NCBI GenBank assembly: GCA_037190965.1
Contig: JBBCKI010000049.1
Coordinates: 1 to 64,000, forward strand
Length of the DNA: 64,000 nucleotides
Direction: 5' to 3'
Source of the DNA: Chthoniobacteraceae bacterium
GTDB taxonomy: Bacteria; Verrucomicrobiota; Verrucomicrobiia; Chthoniobacterales; Chthoniobacteraceae
The number at the start of each line of letters is the position of its first letter. The stretch's first letter is position 1. The notes beneath the pieces were generated by a model that was given only the letters and a program-made list of their open reading frames with translations, ran no database searches and had not been told where the DNA came from. Both the position numbers and the translations under genes were made by a program. Shown piece by piece: positions 1 to 9,068 of the stretch.

Positions 1-200
1 GACACGCGACATGGTCTCAATACTTTGTGGTAATCGAGGGAACCGGGACACTTCATCTCGGTGGCCAGAGCTACCCTATCACAAAGGAGATGATTGTCGA
101 AATCCCCAAAGGCGTGCTTCACTATACCCAATGCAAAGAGGGCGAATGCCTGAAATATTTTTTTATCAACATTCATGATCCCAAGATCAATGAAGGGTGA
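1..200 (+). CDS. Cupin-domain protein, 3' partial (truncated by window start)
   Basis: Hand translation from position 3 gives HATWSQYFVVIEGTGTLHLGGQSYPITKEMIVEIPKGVLHYTQ...EG-stop (TGA 198-200), matching the cupin pattern (V-I-E-G-x-G ... I-P-x-G-x-x-H). Not in the ORF track. Confidence 0.75.
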   Translation, partial: HATWSQYFVVIEGTGTLHLGGQSYPITKEMIVEIPKGVLHYTQCKEGECLKYFFINIHDPKINEG

Positions 201-324
201 TTTATGTAAATGATTGAGACGACATAAAGGTTCACTTCAAATCACACCGGGAGTCGGGAGGCCCAAGGCGCCATCCGACGATAACACCTTGAGCTGATGG
301 CCTAGCCCTGGGCCATAACGATAA

Positions 325-1062
325 CTAAACGCACTGGGTAAAGCCGTACTTCCCAGTGAGTTCCCCGACCCGTTTCCGCTTTTCTGCAGGAGCGATATCC
401 GTTCGTCGCATCACACAGTGCGCCTCATGCTCAAAGGCCCGCATCCGCGTGGCGTTGGCCGCCAACGTTGGGAGAGATCCTTGGGGAATCTTGATGACAC
501 CTTCCCCACTCGCATGCACCACATCTCCGGGAGAAATTGTGATACCCCCTACTTCCACCGGCCGATTGATCGCGGTCACCCTCAACGCCGTATGATGAAT
601 GGTGATCCCACGGCAGTACGCAGCAAATGGAACACTCGCCATTCCGCTGGCGTCCCGCACGCCGCCGTCCGTCACCACGCCGATGCATCCGGCGGCGAAG
701 AGTGTCTTGGCCATTCCATCCCCAAGGATGCATTCGTGATCAGGGCGTGCCCCAACTGCTTTGACTACCCACACCGTCGGCACCTTCATCGCGGTCATCT
801 CCTCCACCTGCTGCCAGAACCCTTCGGTATCAGCCGGACCCGCCGGGGTGCTCGTGTCCATTTCGCAGGTGACCGCCACGCCCACCGTTGGACCAAGCCC
901 GGGAGTGACGCTTTGAATCGTCCCAGCCATGTAATACTCATGCGCCGGAGTGGGATCAATATACCCGATGGTATTAGCCAGCAGCGCCGTGTCAAAATCG
1001 CGAAGCTCTTCGAGCGTTGTGAAAAGGGAGGACGTTATCATAGATAGGTTAATTGGAAACAT
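325..1062 (-). CDS. RraA family / HMG (4-hydroxy-4-methyl-2-oxoglutarate) aldolase-like protein
   Basis: Motifs GDGMAKT, GVVTDGGVRD and VEVGGITISPGDVVHASGEGVI. Start may be ATG 1041. Confidence 0.8.
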   Translation of the reverse strand: MFPINLSMITSSLFTTLEELRDFDTALLANTIGYIDPTPAHEYYMAGTIQSVTPGLGPTVGVAVTCEMDTSTPAGPADTEGFWQQVEEMTAMKVPTVWVVKAVGARPDHECILGDGMAKTLFAAGCIGVVTDGGVRDASGMASVPFAAYCRGITIHHTALRVTAINRPVEVGGITISPGDVVHASGEGVIKIPQGSLPTLAANATRMRAFEHEAHCVMRRTDIAPAEKRKRVGELTGKYGFTQCV

Positions 1063-1102
1063 TAGAAACCGCAGGATTTAAGCCTAGTGTATCAATCTTC
1101 AA

Positions 1103-2335
1103 TCAAAGCCACTGCTGGAACCACCGCAGAGCCCGTTCCTGCATGATCGGATTGAACTCATGGGGCGCATCGAAAATCAAACTTCCAAGAGAATTGCTAC
1201 GCCCCATTTTTTCATAGGTAGCCCGGAGACGGCGATGGGCGTCCGACATTCCGAAAGGCGTCATTACGTCGTCCCGCCATCCGGAAATGCCGAGAAAGGG
1301 CCTGGGGCAGATCAAAGTAGGTAAATCGCAAATATCGAATTCCGGCTGCATCCCGGGAAGAACGGCAAACTGACCGATTGCGCCGCCAACGTTGTATCCC
1401 ACCACTCCGCGTAAACTCGACAACCAGCAAACACTCACCGCGCATCTTATCCGCTCGTCGAGACCGGCGAGATAATGGGTGCGGTACGCTCCGAATGAAA
1501 GACCGAAGCATCCGATTCTTTCCGCATCCACATCGACACGTTGAATGAGGTAATCGATGCATGCCATGTCGTCCTCGACAACGGCGGCCAGAAGGCTGCG
1601 CCCGGTCAAGACTTCGGTGGATGCGGCAATTTGCTCTTCCAGAACAGTCTTCCGTTTTGCATCCAGGACTTCCTCCATCGTCCATCGACGACGGGCATCA
1701 GCAAATTCGTCTCCGAGTTTGCGCGCGACTTCGGTTCGCTCGCCAAACATCATGGCGTCGATCGCCAGGACAACATACCCCGCTTGCACGAGGTAAGGAA
1801 TGGGACTTTGCCCGCCATAGGCAATTTTACGATAATCATTCAGATATCCCGGGTCATCCTTGCCCTGTCCAAAAAGGCGTTCCCTTCCGTAGGCACGCAG
1901 TCCACCCATGCAATGGAGTGCGACGATCGCGGGTGCGGGGCTTGGCAAATGAGCGAGCTTGAACAATGAGGCGGAGAGTCGACGGCCGTTCGAGCACTGC
2001 AGTGCGAGCTCCTCACGGATCACCCCATCTTCGACTATGCATTCCCGCAGAGTGGCATTCTTAACAAAGACTCCGGGCTCCAACCCGATGGTGGAGATGA
2101 TCCGAGATTTGGTTTTGTCGCGCCATGTCGGGAAATCCGGCTCGGAAGAATGAATGTAGCCGGCAGTGCCAGCCCGAGCCGCAATCCGGGCGTGCGCGCT
2201 TTCAAGCAGTTCGGTAGCCGGATCCCATCCCTTGCGGGTTTCGCCTTCCCGAAGACATAACTCACCTTCAGGGGTCCACCATTCGACAGGAACGTGAGCA
2301 ACACCCGGATTAGGCAGTCCGTTTGAAACTATCAT
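1103..2335 (-). CDS. Alpha/beta hydrolase (dienelactone hydrolase / Abhydrolase_7-like esterase)
   Basis: GYVVLAIDAMMFGER, nucleophile elbow GCFGLSFGA, C-terminal DD...PHEF catalytic Asp/His. Confidence 0.8.
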   Translation of the reverse strand: MIVSNGLPNPGVAHVPVEWWTPEGELCLREGETRKGWDPATELLESAHARIAARAGTAGYIHSSEPDFPTWRDKTKSRIISTIGLEPGVFVKNATLRECIVEDGVIREELALQCSNGRRLSASLFKLAHLPSPAPAIVALHCMGGLRAYGRERLFGQGKDDPGYLNDYRKIAYGGQSPIPYLVQAGYVVLAIDAMMFGERTEVARKLGDEFADARRRWTMEEVLDAKRKTVLEEQIAASTEVLTGRSLLAAVVEDDMACIDYLIQRVDVDAERIGCFGLSFGAYRTHYLAGLDERIRCAVSVCWLSSLRGVVGYNVGGAIGQFAVLPGMQPEFDICDLPTLICPRPFLGISGWRDDVMTPFGMSDAHRRLRATYEKMGRSNSLGSLIFDAPHEFNPIMQERALRWFQQWL

Positions 2336-2423
2336 ATCAAACTTATAGAAGATACAAACTCGGCGTTTTTGCTTTCCTTCTTCACGATGCGCACTTTCAC
2401 CTCAGCGTACCATTGTCGTCTTC

Positions 2424-4034
2424 TCAAACTTCCCCGCAAACGGCAACTTCCAGCCCCAGTTCTTCAAAAGCGGCCACTTTTACAAACAAACCATTCCGAG
2501 CCGAAGTTCTGTCTGGCGCGTACACCACCTGGATGTGATTGCTTTTGTGGCGTCCCATCATCTGGTCCCGTGAGATCCCTTGCAACACCGCATGCATGAT
2601 TGGCCATTGCGAGGTTGTCAGGCACCACCGCTCCTGTGTTTCTTTCTGGGGAAGCTTCACGACTTCAGCCAGTCCGAGATCCGCCTTCAGCTTGCCATCT
2701 TCGATAAAGATTCGACTCCAGACTATCCAGCCGGGTTTGCTGATCCCTTTGCAAGTTCCTCCGCCCAATCGGAAATACATGGGTGGTTGCCGTTCGCTGG
2801 AGGCGCCTTTGAGGCCTCCGATGAAATGCTCGGGCGGCGCACCGCCGGAAATAAGAAATACCCAGACATACGCATCCAAGGTTTTGTCTTTGTACTGGCG
2901 CCCCCATCGCAAATCGTGCAGGGTATTTTCAGGCGCGTAGCCAAGCTCCCTCCAGAGTTTATAGGTGATGACGCCGTCCAGGCCTGCGCATTCGTCGACT
3001 TCATTAAAGTGTGGCACCGCCTCCCCTTTGAAGAGCTCCTCTCCGGTGGTTTCATCGTAAACTGGCGGACGCTTTACGTTGTTAAGCAAACCCTCCACGA
3101 GATCCGATGCAGGGGCGAGATCCTTGAGACCCTGCTGGTACTGGATGCCAATCGTCTCCGCTCCAAACTCAGCCGCCAGACGAACGGCGGCGATATACAT
3201 CTTGCACTGCTTAAGCACTTGCGCTTTGGTCAGATCAGTCACTTCGCGAGAGCCAAGATCGAAAGTCATCCCCTTTTCAAGAAGCCATTCGAATGCGAGC
3301 TGCGCTTCAGCCGTTTTGACCCTTTGCATCCTGGCATAAAGCGTCGATTGGCTGAGGCGCTCCTTGTAGACGCCGGTGGGGTGCAAGAGTTCATCAGGGA
3401 TGATGGCATTGAACATCCCCATGCATCCTTCGTCGAAGACTCCCATGATAAGTTTGTTCTGGCGAAGTCGTTTGGCGAAGTCACGCCCCTTCTTCGCCGC
3501 GGGTGCCGGAATTTTCACCTCGCTCAAAGTTTTCACATGGGAAGCGTCATGTTTAACTTCTTCGCCACGCAACCACCCCCGAAGGCCTTTCAGAAAATAC
3601 TCGTCCTTGAAGTCCTCGCTCCAGAGCGTGCTGTAGCGCACCCCCGCTTTCGTCAAACATCCATTCAGATTCAACATCCCAACCAATCCGGGCCAAGTGC
3701 CGCTCCAGTTGGCCACCGTCAAGATCGGCCCTCTATGGGTAATCAAGCCGGCCAGAATATGATGACTATATTGCCAGACTGCTTCGGGCACAATGAGAGG
3801 AGCGTCAGGCGGAATGGTCCGAAAGACTTCCATGCCGTACTTCTGGCTGTCGATGAACCCATGCCGCTTGACCGGATCATAAGGGTGGGCACGCTGGACC
3901 TTTCCTCCCTCCCTCTCGATTATGAGCGTAAGATTCTTTTCCAGATCGGCTTGTGCGTCATGGCACTTCTGGTTGGCCGACAGGCGCAGATCGCCATTGC
4001 TGACGAGATAGATCGTTTTGGATTTGGCGGGCAT
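2424..4034 (-). CDS. L-fucose/L-arabinose isomerase-like protein
   Basis: NWSGTWPGLVGMLN, GCMGMFN, HFNEVDEC, TLHDLRWG and NHIQVVY resemble the uncharacterised fucose-isomerase-like family. Start set to ATG 4034 to avoid overlapping the upstream gene. Confidence 0.7.
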   Translation of the reverse strand: MPAKSKTIYLVSNGDLRLSANQKCHDAQADLEKNLTLIIEREGGKVQRAHPYDPVKRHGFIDSQKYGMEVFRTIPPDAPLIVPEAVWQYSHHILAGLITHRGPILTVANWSGTWPGLVGMLNLNGCLTKAGVRYSTLWSEDFKDEYFLKGLRGWLRGEEVKHDASHVKTLSEVKIPAPAAKKGRDFAKRLRQNKLIMGVFDEGCMGMFNAIIPDELLHPTGVYKERLSQSTLYARMQRVKTAEAQLAFEWLLEKGMTFDLGSREVTDLTKAQVLKQCKMYIAAVRLAAEFGAETIGIQYQQGLKDLAPASDLVEGLLNNVKRPPVYDETTGEELFKGEAVPHFNEVDECAGLDGVITYKLWRELGYAPENTLHDLRWGRQYKDKTLDAYVWVFLISGGAPPEHFIGGLKGASSERQPPMYFRLGGGTCKGISKPGWIVWSRIFIEDGKLKADLGLAEVVKLPQKETQERWCLTTSQWPIMHAVLQGISRDQMMGRHKSNHIQVVYAPDRTSARNGLFVKVAAFEELGLEVAVCGEV

Positions 4035-4057
4035 ATGATTTGAATCGGGGAGTGCGA

Positions 4058-5059
4058 TTACTTGCGTTGGGAGCGGGAAAGAATGGATTCGCGCATCCAA
4101 CGTGAAACCTGGGTGGCGTCACCGCAACCAATCAGGTTGCGCAACTCTTCAGTCCGCGTTTCGTCGAGAAAGCTTTCAACAAACCTCAGAAAGAGAACAC
4201 TCTCCCGCACCGCAGCCTGTCCATCTTCGCGATACGGATATTGATCCATCGAATACCAGCCGGCATAGCCGCTCTCTCTAAGCCAGTATTGCAGTTCGAT
4301 ATATTCAACCAAGTGGATCGACCCGACAATCATATCGTCGTCCCAAGTCCGGTAGTTATCATTGAAATGCATGTGAAACAGCCGCTCTCCGTAGTGCTGC
4401 AGGATCACAGCCGCTTCCGAGACATTTTCATGGGCCATCAGCGAGTGCCCTACGTCGATACAGACGCCGACATTCTTCCGCCCCGTCTCCTGGACCATGA
4501 GCAGGGTGTCCGCCGCACGCGCCTGGAAGGAATGCGTGCGCGGTTCCATCATTTTGTATTCGAGGGCAAATTTGATATCCGGAAATTCCTCGGCGACGGC
4601 GCGGATCCCTTCCACCAACCAGAGGCGCTCCTGCCGGTAATCGCTCTGCAAGGGATAGTCATAACCGTCCTGTCCGAGCCACAGATTCAGCAACGGACAG
4701 CCAAGCCGCCGTGCAATCAGAGCGGCGCTCCGCGTCTCCTTATGGGCCTGACGCCGTATTTCCTTGTCCTTGGAGGAGAAGCTCCCCTTCCCCCAGCGCT
4801 TTTGCGAAAACAAATCGGGAATGATTGAGACGCACTCCAGGTTATGCATTTTTAGTGAACGCTCGATCTCGTTGACATTCTCCTCGGCCACATCCCAGGA
4901 GCCAACCAGTTCCAGCCCTTCGATTCCCTCGATCTCTGCCGCCTGACGAATCATCTCTTCTCTGGATAATCGATCTTTATACCCCGTGGGGAGAAAACGG
5001 TCGCACGTGTTGCCCAAGTTGCCGAGGATTACGGAATACCTGTTTTTCATTGATTTCAT
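4058..5059 (-). CDS. Xylose-isomerase-like TIM-barrel sugar isomerase (D-apiose isomerase / rhamnose isomerase-like clade)
   Basis: [37 protein letters not shown] and MDQYPYRE metal-binding motifs. Confidence 0.8.
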   Translation of the reverse strand: MKSMKNRYSVILGNLGNTCDRFLPTGYKDRLSREEMIRQAAEIEGIEGLELVGSWDVAEENVNEIERSLKMHNLECVSIIPDLFSQKRWGKGSFSSKDKEIRRQAHKETRSAALIARRLGCPLLNLWLGQDGYDYPLQSDYRQERLWLVEGIRAVAEEFPDIKFALEYKMMEPRTHSFQARAADTLLMVQETGRKNVGVCIDVGHSLMAHENVSEAAVILQHYGERLFHMHFNDNYRTWDDDMIVGSIHLVEYIELQYWLRESGYAGWYSMDQYPYREDGQAAVRESVLFLRFVESFLDETRTEELRNLIGCGDATQVSRWMRESILSRSQRK

Positions 5060-6084
5060 CGACTATTCAGTATGACGTGAATTTTGGTGATTTGAGAGGG
5101 TCGATTCGACCAGTCCTCCAGGGCCCTCGCGGCTTCCGAAAGCGAAACGGTCCGGGTGACCATTTCATTGACGGGAAAGGTTTTGTCCCGAAGCATGGAT
5201 ATTACCTCGACGAATTCCTCACGAGTTGCATTGCGGGAGCCATAGATCCCAAGCTCTTTCTGAACAAAGAGTTTCGTCTCGTAGCTCACGGGTTCCTTGA
5301 CGTAGCCGATATAGACCACTCTTCCCGCATAAGAGACTTCGTCGACGGCGGCGCGGAAAGTTTTCGGCGTCCCAACGGCCTCAATCACGCCACTGGGCCC
5401 TTCGCCTTCCGTCAGGTTTTTTAGGGCATCGTGCAGATTCACCCTTGCTGAATTGATGGTATCCAAAGCCCCTGCCTTCCTTGCAGTTTCGAGCTTTACA
5501 TCATCCACATCGACCGCGATAACCCTCGCTCCGCGTCTCGCGGTTCCCGCAATTGAGCCCAGTCCGATGGCGCCGCATCCCAGAACGGCCACGGTATCCG
5601 CAGGAGAGAATCCCCCGCGCGCAGCAGCGTGAAACCCAATGGAAAGCGGCTCGACCAATGCCATCTCAGCCTGGGTCAATCCGGGCGCTGCAATAATCTT
5701 CTCTGCAGGTATCGCCATCGTTTCGCAAAAGCCTCCGTCGCGCTGGACTCCCAAAGTCTGGTTATTCCTGCAGCAGTTTGACCGTCCCATTCTGCACGCC
5801 GCACAGACGCCGCAGCTTGTATAAGGAAACACAAGAACCGCCTCTCCAGCCCGGGGAATATGGTCGCTGCTATTCCTCGGCCCACTCAAAACAGTGGCGG
5901 CAATCTCATGGCCCGGAATTCGGGGATAAGTGACCAAAGGGTTCAGACCCCGAAAGCTATTCAAATCCGAACCGCAAAACCCAACCCGCTCCACGCGCAG
6001 AAGGACCTCGCCAGCCAAAGGCTGCGGCGAAAGGATATCTGAAATTTCTGCCCGCCGTGGTTCGATGATGCGTAATGCCTTCAT
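5056..6084 (-). CDS. Zinc-binding alcohol dehydrogenase, L-galactonate 5-dehydrogenase (LgoD/YjjN)-like
   Basis: GFCGSD, GHE, structural Zn CGVCAAC...NCC, GCGAIG Rossmann motif, KEL...GSRNA. Confidence 0.85.
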   Translation of the reverse strand: MKALRIIEPRRAEISDILSPQPLAGEVLLRVERVGFCGSDLNSFRGLNPLVTYPRIPGHEIAATVLSGPRNSSDHIPRAGEAVLVFPYTSCGVCAACRMGRSNCCRNNQTLGVQRDGGFCETMAIPAEKIIAAPGLTQAEMALVEPLSIGFHAAARGGFSPADTVAVLGCGAIGLGSIAGTARRGARVIAVDVDDVKLETARKAGALDTINSARVNLHDALKNLTEGEGPSGVIEAVGTPKTFRAAVDEVSYAGRVVYIGYVKEPVSYETKLFVQKELGIYGSRNATREEFVEVISMLRDKTFPVNEMVTRTVSLSEAARALEDWSNRPSQITKIHVILNSR

Positions 6085-6728
6085 TCCGAGATCTCAATAG
6101 CGGGGCGGCAGAATGCCCCAGAATGTCCGCGGAAGTTGATCGGGAGCGACCAGAACTTCACGGTTTGGCAAAAGGAAAAGACCTCCTCAGGAAAGAACAG
6201 GTCTTCGACAATCCACACTCCGGAGCCAAGCAGTATTTCATGGGTCTGCGCATTCCAAGGTTCCTGGATGCCTCCGATGGAAAAGTGATCAATGCCAACG
6301 CCTCGCGCTCCGGATTCGACGAGATGTCGGGCCCCGTCAGGATGAAGCCAGGGAGATTGACAAAGCCACTCCTCGGATTTCGCTCGTTTTGCCCCCCATC
6401 CGGTGGCAATCAAAACAATCTGATCTGGCTTCAGGCGAAAATTCAGATACTCGGGGCCGATGGGAGTTCCCGCTGAAATTCCACGCAAATCGACAATGAT
6501 TGCGTCTCCCACATATCGTTCCAGGGGAATGGCATCTACTGGGTCACCTCCCATGAGTTTATGAAGAGGTGAATCCACATGGCTGCCCGTATGACTCGCC
6601 AGCGTGAGCAGCTCCATCCGCCAGGCTCCCCGGTCATGATCGTCGATCACTTCGGAGCGGACGGGCGGATGCGCCGGGCAGTTGGGCGCTCCGTCAAAAA
6701 CCGGCTGGGAAAGGTCGATCAATCTCAT
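6081..6728 (-). CDS. Cyclase family (kynurenine formamidase-like) metallohydrolase
   Basis: IDLSQP N-terminus, [11 protein letters not shown] metal motif, VGID, HEILLG...IVEDL. Confidence 0.85.
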   Translation of the reverse strand: MRLIDLSQPVFDGAPNCPAHPPVRSEVIDDHDRGAWRMELLTLASHTGSHVDSPLHKLMGGDPVDAIPLERYVGDAIIVDLRGISAGTPIGPEYLNFRLKPDQIVLIATGWGAKRAKSEEWLCQSPWLHPDGARHLVESGARGVGIDHFSIGGIQEPWNAQTHEILLGSGVWIVEDLFFPEEVFSFCQTVKFWSLPINFRGHSGAFCRPAIEISE

Positions 6729-7114
6729 GCCGAAACCAGGATCATGTTGGAATACGGGATGGTATCCGCCGTGCGAATCAGACCAATGGCTGTCGGCACC
6801 CGTTTCTTGAGTTGAACGTGAGGTTCGATCAAAAGCTTGCAGCCTTTGATCGCTTCTCCGTATCGCTCTCGGACAGGAGGCGGATTCTCGCGGAAAAATT
6901 CCTCGGCCATATGAGCTTCTCCGATTTCGAAGTTTGACCTGATGGCGGCCAGAACATCGAGCACCGTCGGAATATCGTCAGTTAACGTAAGGTCGACAGT
7001 TTCGATCTCAGGCCAGAATGGAAACCCACGGTCGGCAAGAACCAGAGCGTTGGTATGCCGGATGCGTGCCAGAAGTCGCAAAATTGCGGGATTGAGGATG
7101 CCGGTTTTAAGCAT
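6725..7114 (-). CDS. RbsD/FucU family sugar mutarotase/pyranase
   Basis: MLKTGILN...RHTNALVLADRGFP and IRTADTIPYSN. Confidence 0.85.
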   Translation of the reverse strand: MLKTGILNPAILRLLARIRHTNALVLADRGFPFWPEIETVDLTLTDDIPTVLDVLAAIRSNFEIGEAHMAEEFFRENPPPVRERYGEAIKGCKLLIEPHVQLKKRVPTAIGLIRTADTIPYSNMILVSA

Positions 7115-7117
7115 AGC

Positions 7118-8071
7118 TCAGGCAATCAGAGGATCACGATTCTCCAACCGCCCACGGACAAAGTTGAAATTTCGGATCGGTAAAAGAATCCCCTGTACCT
7201 GGCGAAGATGTTCGGCATCTATCGGCTTCAGGGCGGCCGCGATATTACTACGAATGTTATCCGGATTTGCCGAACCGACGAGGGTCGTGGCGATTTGCGG
7301 ATTGGCCACGGCGAATTGAACAGCCAACTCAACAATATCGATTCCCTGCTCCCGGCAGAAATCGACCGCTTTGCGGCAACCCGCCTTGATGGTCGTCGAT
7401 GCCGGATGCCACTTCGGCACTTCCCGCTCGGTAAGAAGCCCCATCCCAGTCGGGGAAGCGTTGATGACTCCCACGCCTTTTTGGGCGAAGTACGGGAGCC
7501 ATTCCTCCAGCGACGTGTCATTCAATTCATAATGACAAAAGGAGAGAATGCTCTCCACGGTCCCAGGCTCTGTTGCATCAATGATTGCAGGGAAGATTCT
7601 TAAGGGGAGGCCCGTAATTCCAACATGCCCGACTTTGCCTGCGGCCTTCAGGCAATGCAAGGCCGGCAGCGTTTCGTCGGTGATCTGTTTTAAGTCGGCA
7701 AATTCAATGTCATGACACTGAATCAGATCAATATAGTCAACCCCCAGGCGTCGCATGCTTTCCTCCACGCTGCGAGCGACACGTTCCTTGGAAAAGTCGA
7801 ACTTCCCCTCGCCATATTGACCGACCTTGGTTGCAAGATAGAAGCGATCCCGACCCACTTCACGGAGCGCCTTTCCAAGAACCGATTCTGCCTTTGTTGC
7901 GCCGTAATAAGGCGAGACATCGATAAAGTTGACCCCGGCATCGAGGGCGACATGCACGGTTCGGATTCCTTCCGCCTCCGAAATATCGCGAAAGACCCCG
8001 CCCAGGGAGGATGCGCCAAAACTGATGATCGAAACCTCCAATCCCGTTTGACCTAGTGATCGATACTTCAT
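7118..8071 (-). CDS. Aldo/keto reductase, L-galactose dehydrogenase-like
   Basis: FGASSLGGVF, DVSPYYG, ATKVG, QCHDIEF, GITGLPL, LSFCHY and WHPAS match the L-galactose dehydrogenase subfamily as I recall it. Confidence 0.85.
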   Translation of the reverse strand: MKYRSLGQTGLEVSIISFGASSLGGVFRDISEAEGIRTVHVALDAGVNFIDVSPYYGATKAESVLGKALREVGRDRFYLATKVGQYGEGKFDFSKERVARSVEESMRRLGVDYIDLIQCHDIEFADLKQITDETLPALHCLKAAGKVGHVGITGLPLRIFPAIIDATEPGTVESILSFCHYELNDTSLEEWLPYFAQKGVGVINASPTGMGLLTEREVPKWHPASTTIKAGCRKAVDFCREQGIDIVELAVQFAVANPQIATTLVGSANPDNIRSNIAAALKPIDAEHLRQVQGILLPIRNFNFVRGRLENRDPLIA

Positions 8072-8088
8072 TTATTGATTCGATTCCG

Positions 8089-8156
8089 AATGATCGCACG
8101 GTGATATCAAAGGGAGAATGGCGATCATTGACAAAATAATGCCAATTATTGATATT
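8089..8156 (+). promoter_or_regulatory. Divergent control region: 9-bp inverted repeat and candidate sigma70 promoter for the AraC gene
   Basis: AATGATCGC (8089-8097) / GCGATCATT (8121-8129); TTGACA (8128-8133)-N17-GATATT (8151-8156). Confidence 0.45.
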
Positions 8157-8169
8157 TCCTCTTCCCTCC

Positions 8170-9042
8170 ATGAAACCGAAGCCTCCTCCCTTCCTTTCAA
8201 AGCAGGTATCCAGCTCGCGACGCTTCTATTTTCGCATCCCAACCAGCAGATCCTCCGGTCTTTCAGTCTATTGCGGAGGCCTGGAAAATTGCCTACCCTA
8301 TTACGTGGATGATCGGAAAACCTTTCCGTATTTTTCCGTGGAGCTTGTTGTCGCAGGAAAAGGGACGCTCACCCTGGACTCGCAGCACTATACCCTTGGC
8401 GCGGGATCCGTCTTTATATACGGGCCGCAGATTCCCCATCGGATTGCTTCCTCTCCGGAAAGCCCTCTCGTCAAATATTTTGTCACCATGAGCGGAGATG
8501 CGACGGAAAGGCTTCTGCGCGAACTTCAACTGAGCCCCGGGACATTTCTATCCGTCGAGGCCATGACGGAGGTTCGGGACATTATTGATATCCTGTTATC
8601 TGAAGGAAACAGCGGGCGCCGTCATTCCCTCCGGATTTGCAATCTGCTGTGCGAATCGTTGTTGCTGAAGATCGCCGAAAATCGGGTTCGCCATAATGAC
8701 AAACTCTCGGAAGGGTACCTGACCTACCTGCGGTGCCGGGAAATATTGGCGAACGAATATTTGAGGCTGTCAAATCTTTCGGAATTCGCCAAACGGTGTG
8801 GAATCAGCTCTCCGTACCTCTGCCGTTTGTTTCAATCGTACGATCATCAGACCCCCTATTATCACCTTCAGCGGCTTCGAATGACGCATGCGGCGAATTT
8901 GCTCACCCATCCAGGAACGCTTGTAAAGGATGTCGCTGACGCGCTGGGAATGCAGGATGTCTATCATTTTTCCCGCAGCTTCAAACGCGTTCACGGAGTC
9001 AGCCCGAAAGTCCATAAAAGCGTCGCATCAGGGCGGTCATAA
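8170..9042 (+). CDS. AraC family transcriptional regulator
   Basis: N-terminal cupin-like AraC-binding domain; C-terminal HTH (YLCRLF...VKDVADALGMQDVYHFSRSFKRVHGVSP). ATG at 8170. Confidence 0.9.
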   Translation: MKPKPPPFLSKQVSSSRRFYFRIPTSRSSGLSVYCGGLENCLPYYVDDRKTFPYFSVELVVAGKGTLTLDSQHYTLGAGSVFIYGPQIPHRIASSPESPLVKYFVTMSGDATERLLRELQLSPGTFLSVEAMTEVRDIIDILLSEGNSGRRHSLRICNLLCESLLLKIAENRVRHNDKLSEGYLTYLRCREILANEYLRLSNLSEFAKRCGISSPYLCRLFQSYDHQTPYYHLQRLRMTHAANLLTHPGTLVKDVADALGMQDVYHFSRSFKRVHGVSPKVHKSVASGRS

Positions 9043-9068
9043 TTCCACGAAAACGGCGTTGCTCTCCA

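Noticed and set aside
201..324. Short hairpins (TTTATGT/ACATAAA at 201-227; ATGGCC...GGCCAT at 297-316) between convergent genes
   Set aside because: Short stems without clear U-tracts; at most ordinary terminators, too weak to call.
2580..4043. 487-aa plus-strand ORF (and similar long antisense ORFs such as 28739-30058, 41381-42283 and 56051-56923)
   Set aside because: Each lies antisense to a well-supported gene and has no recognisable motifs; typical shadow ORFs in GC-rich coding DNA.
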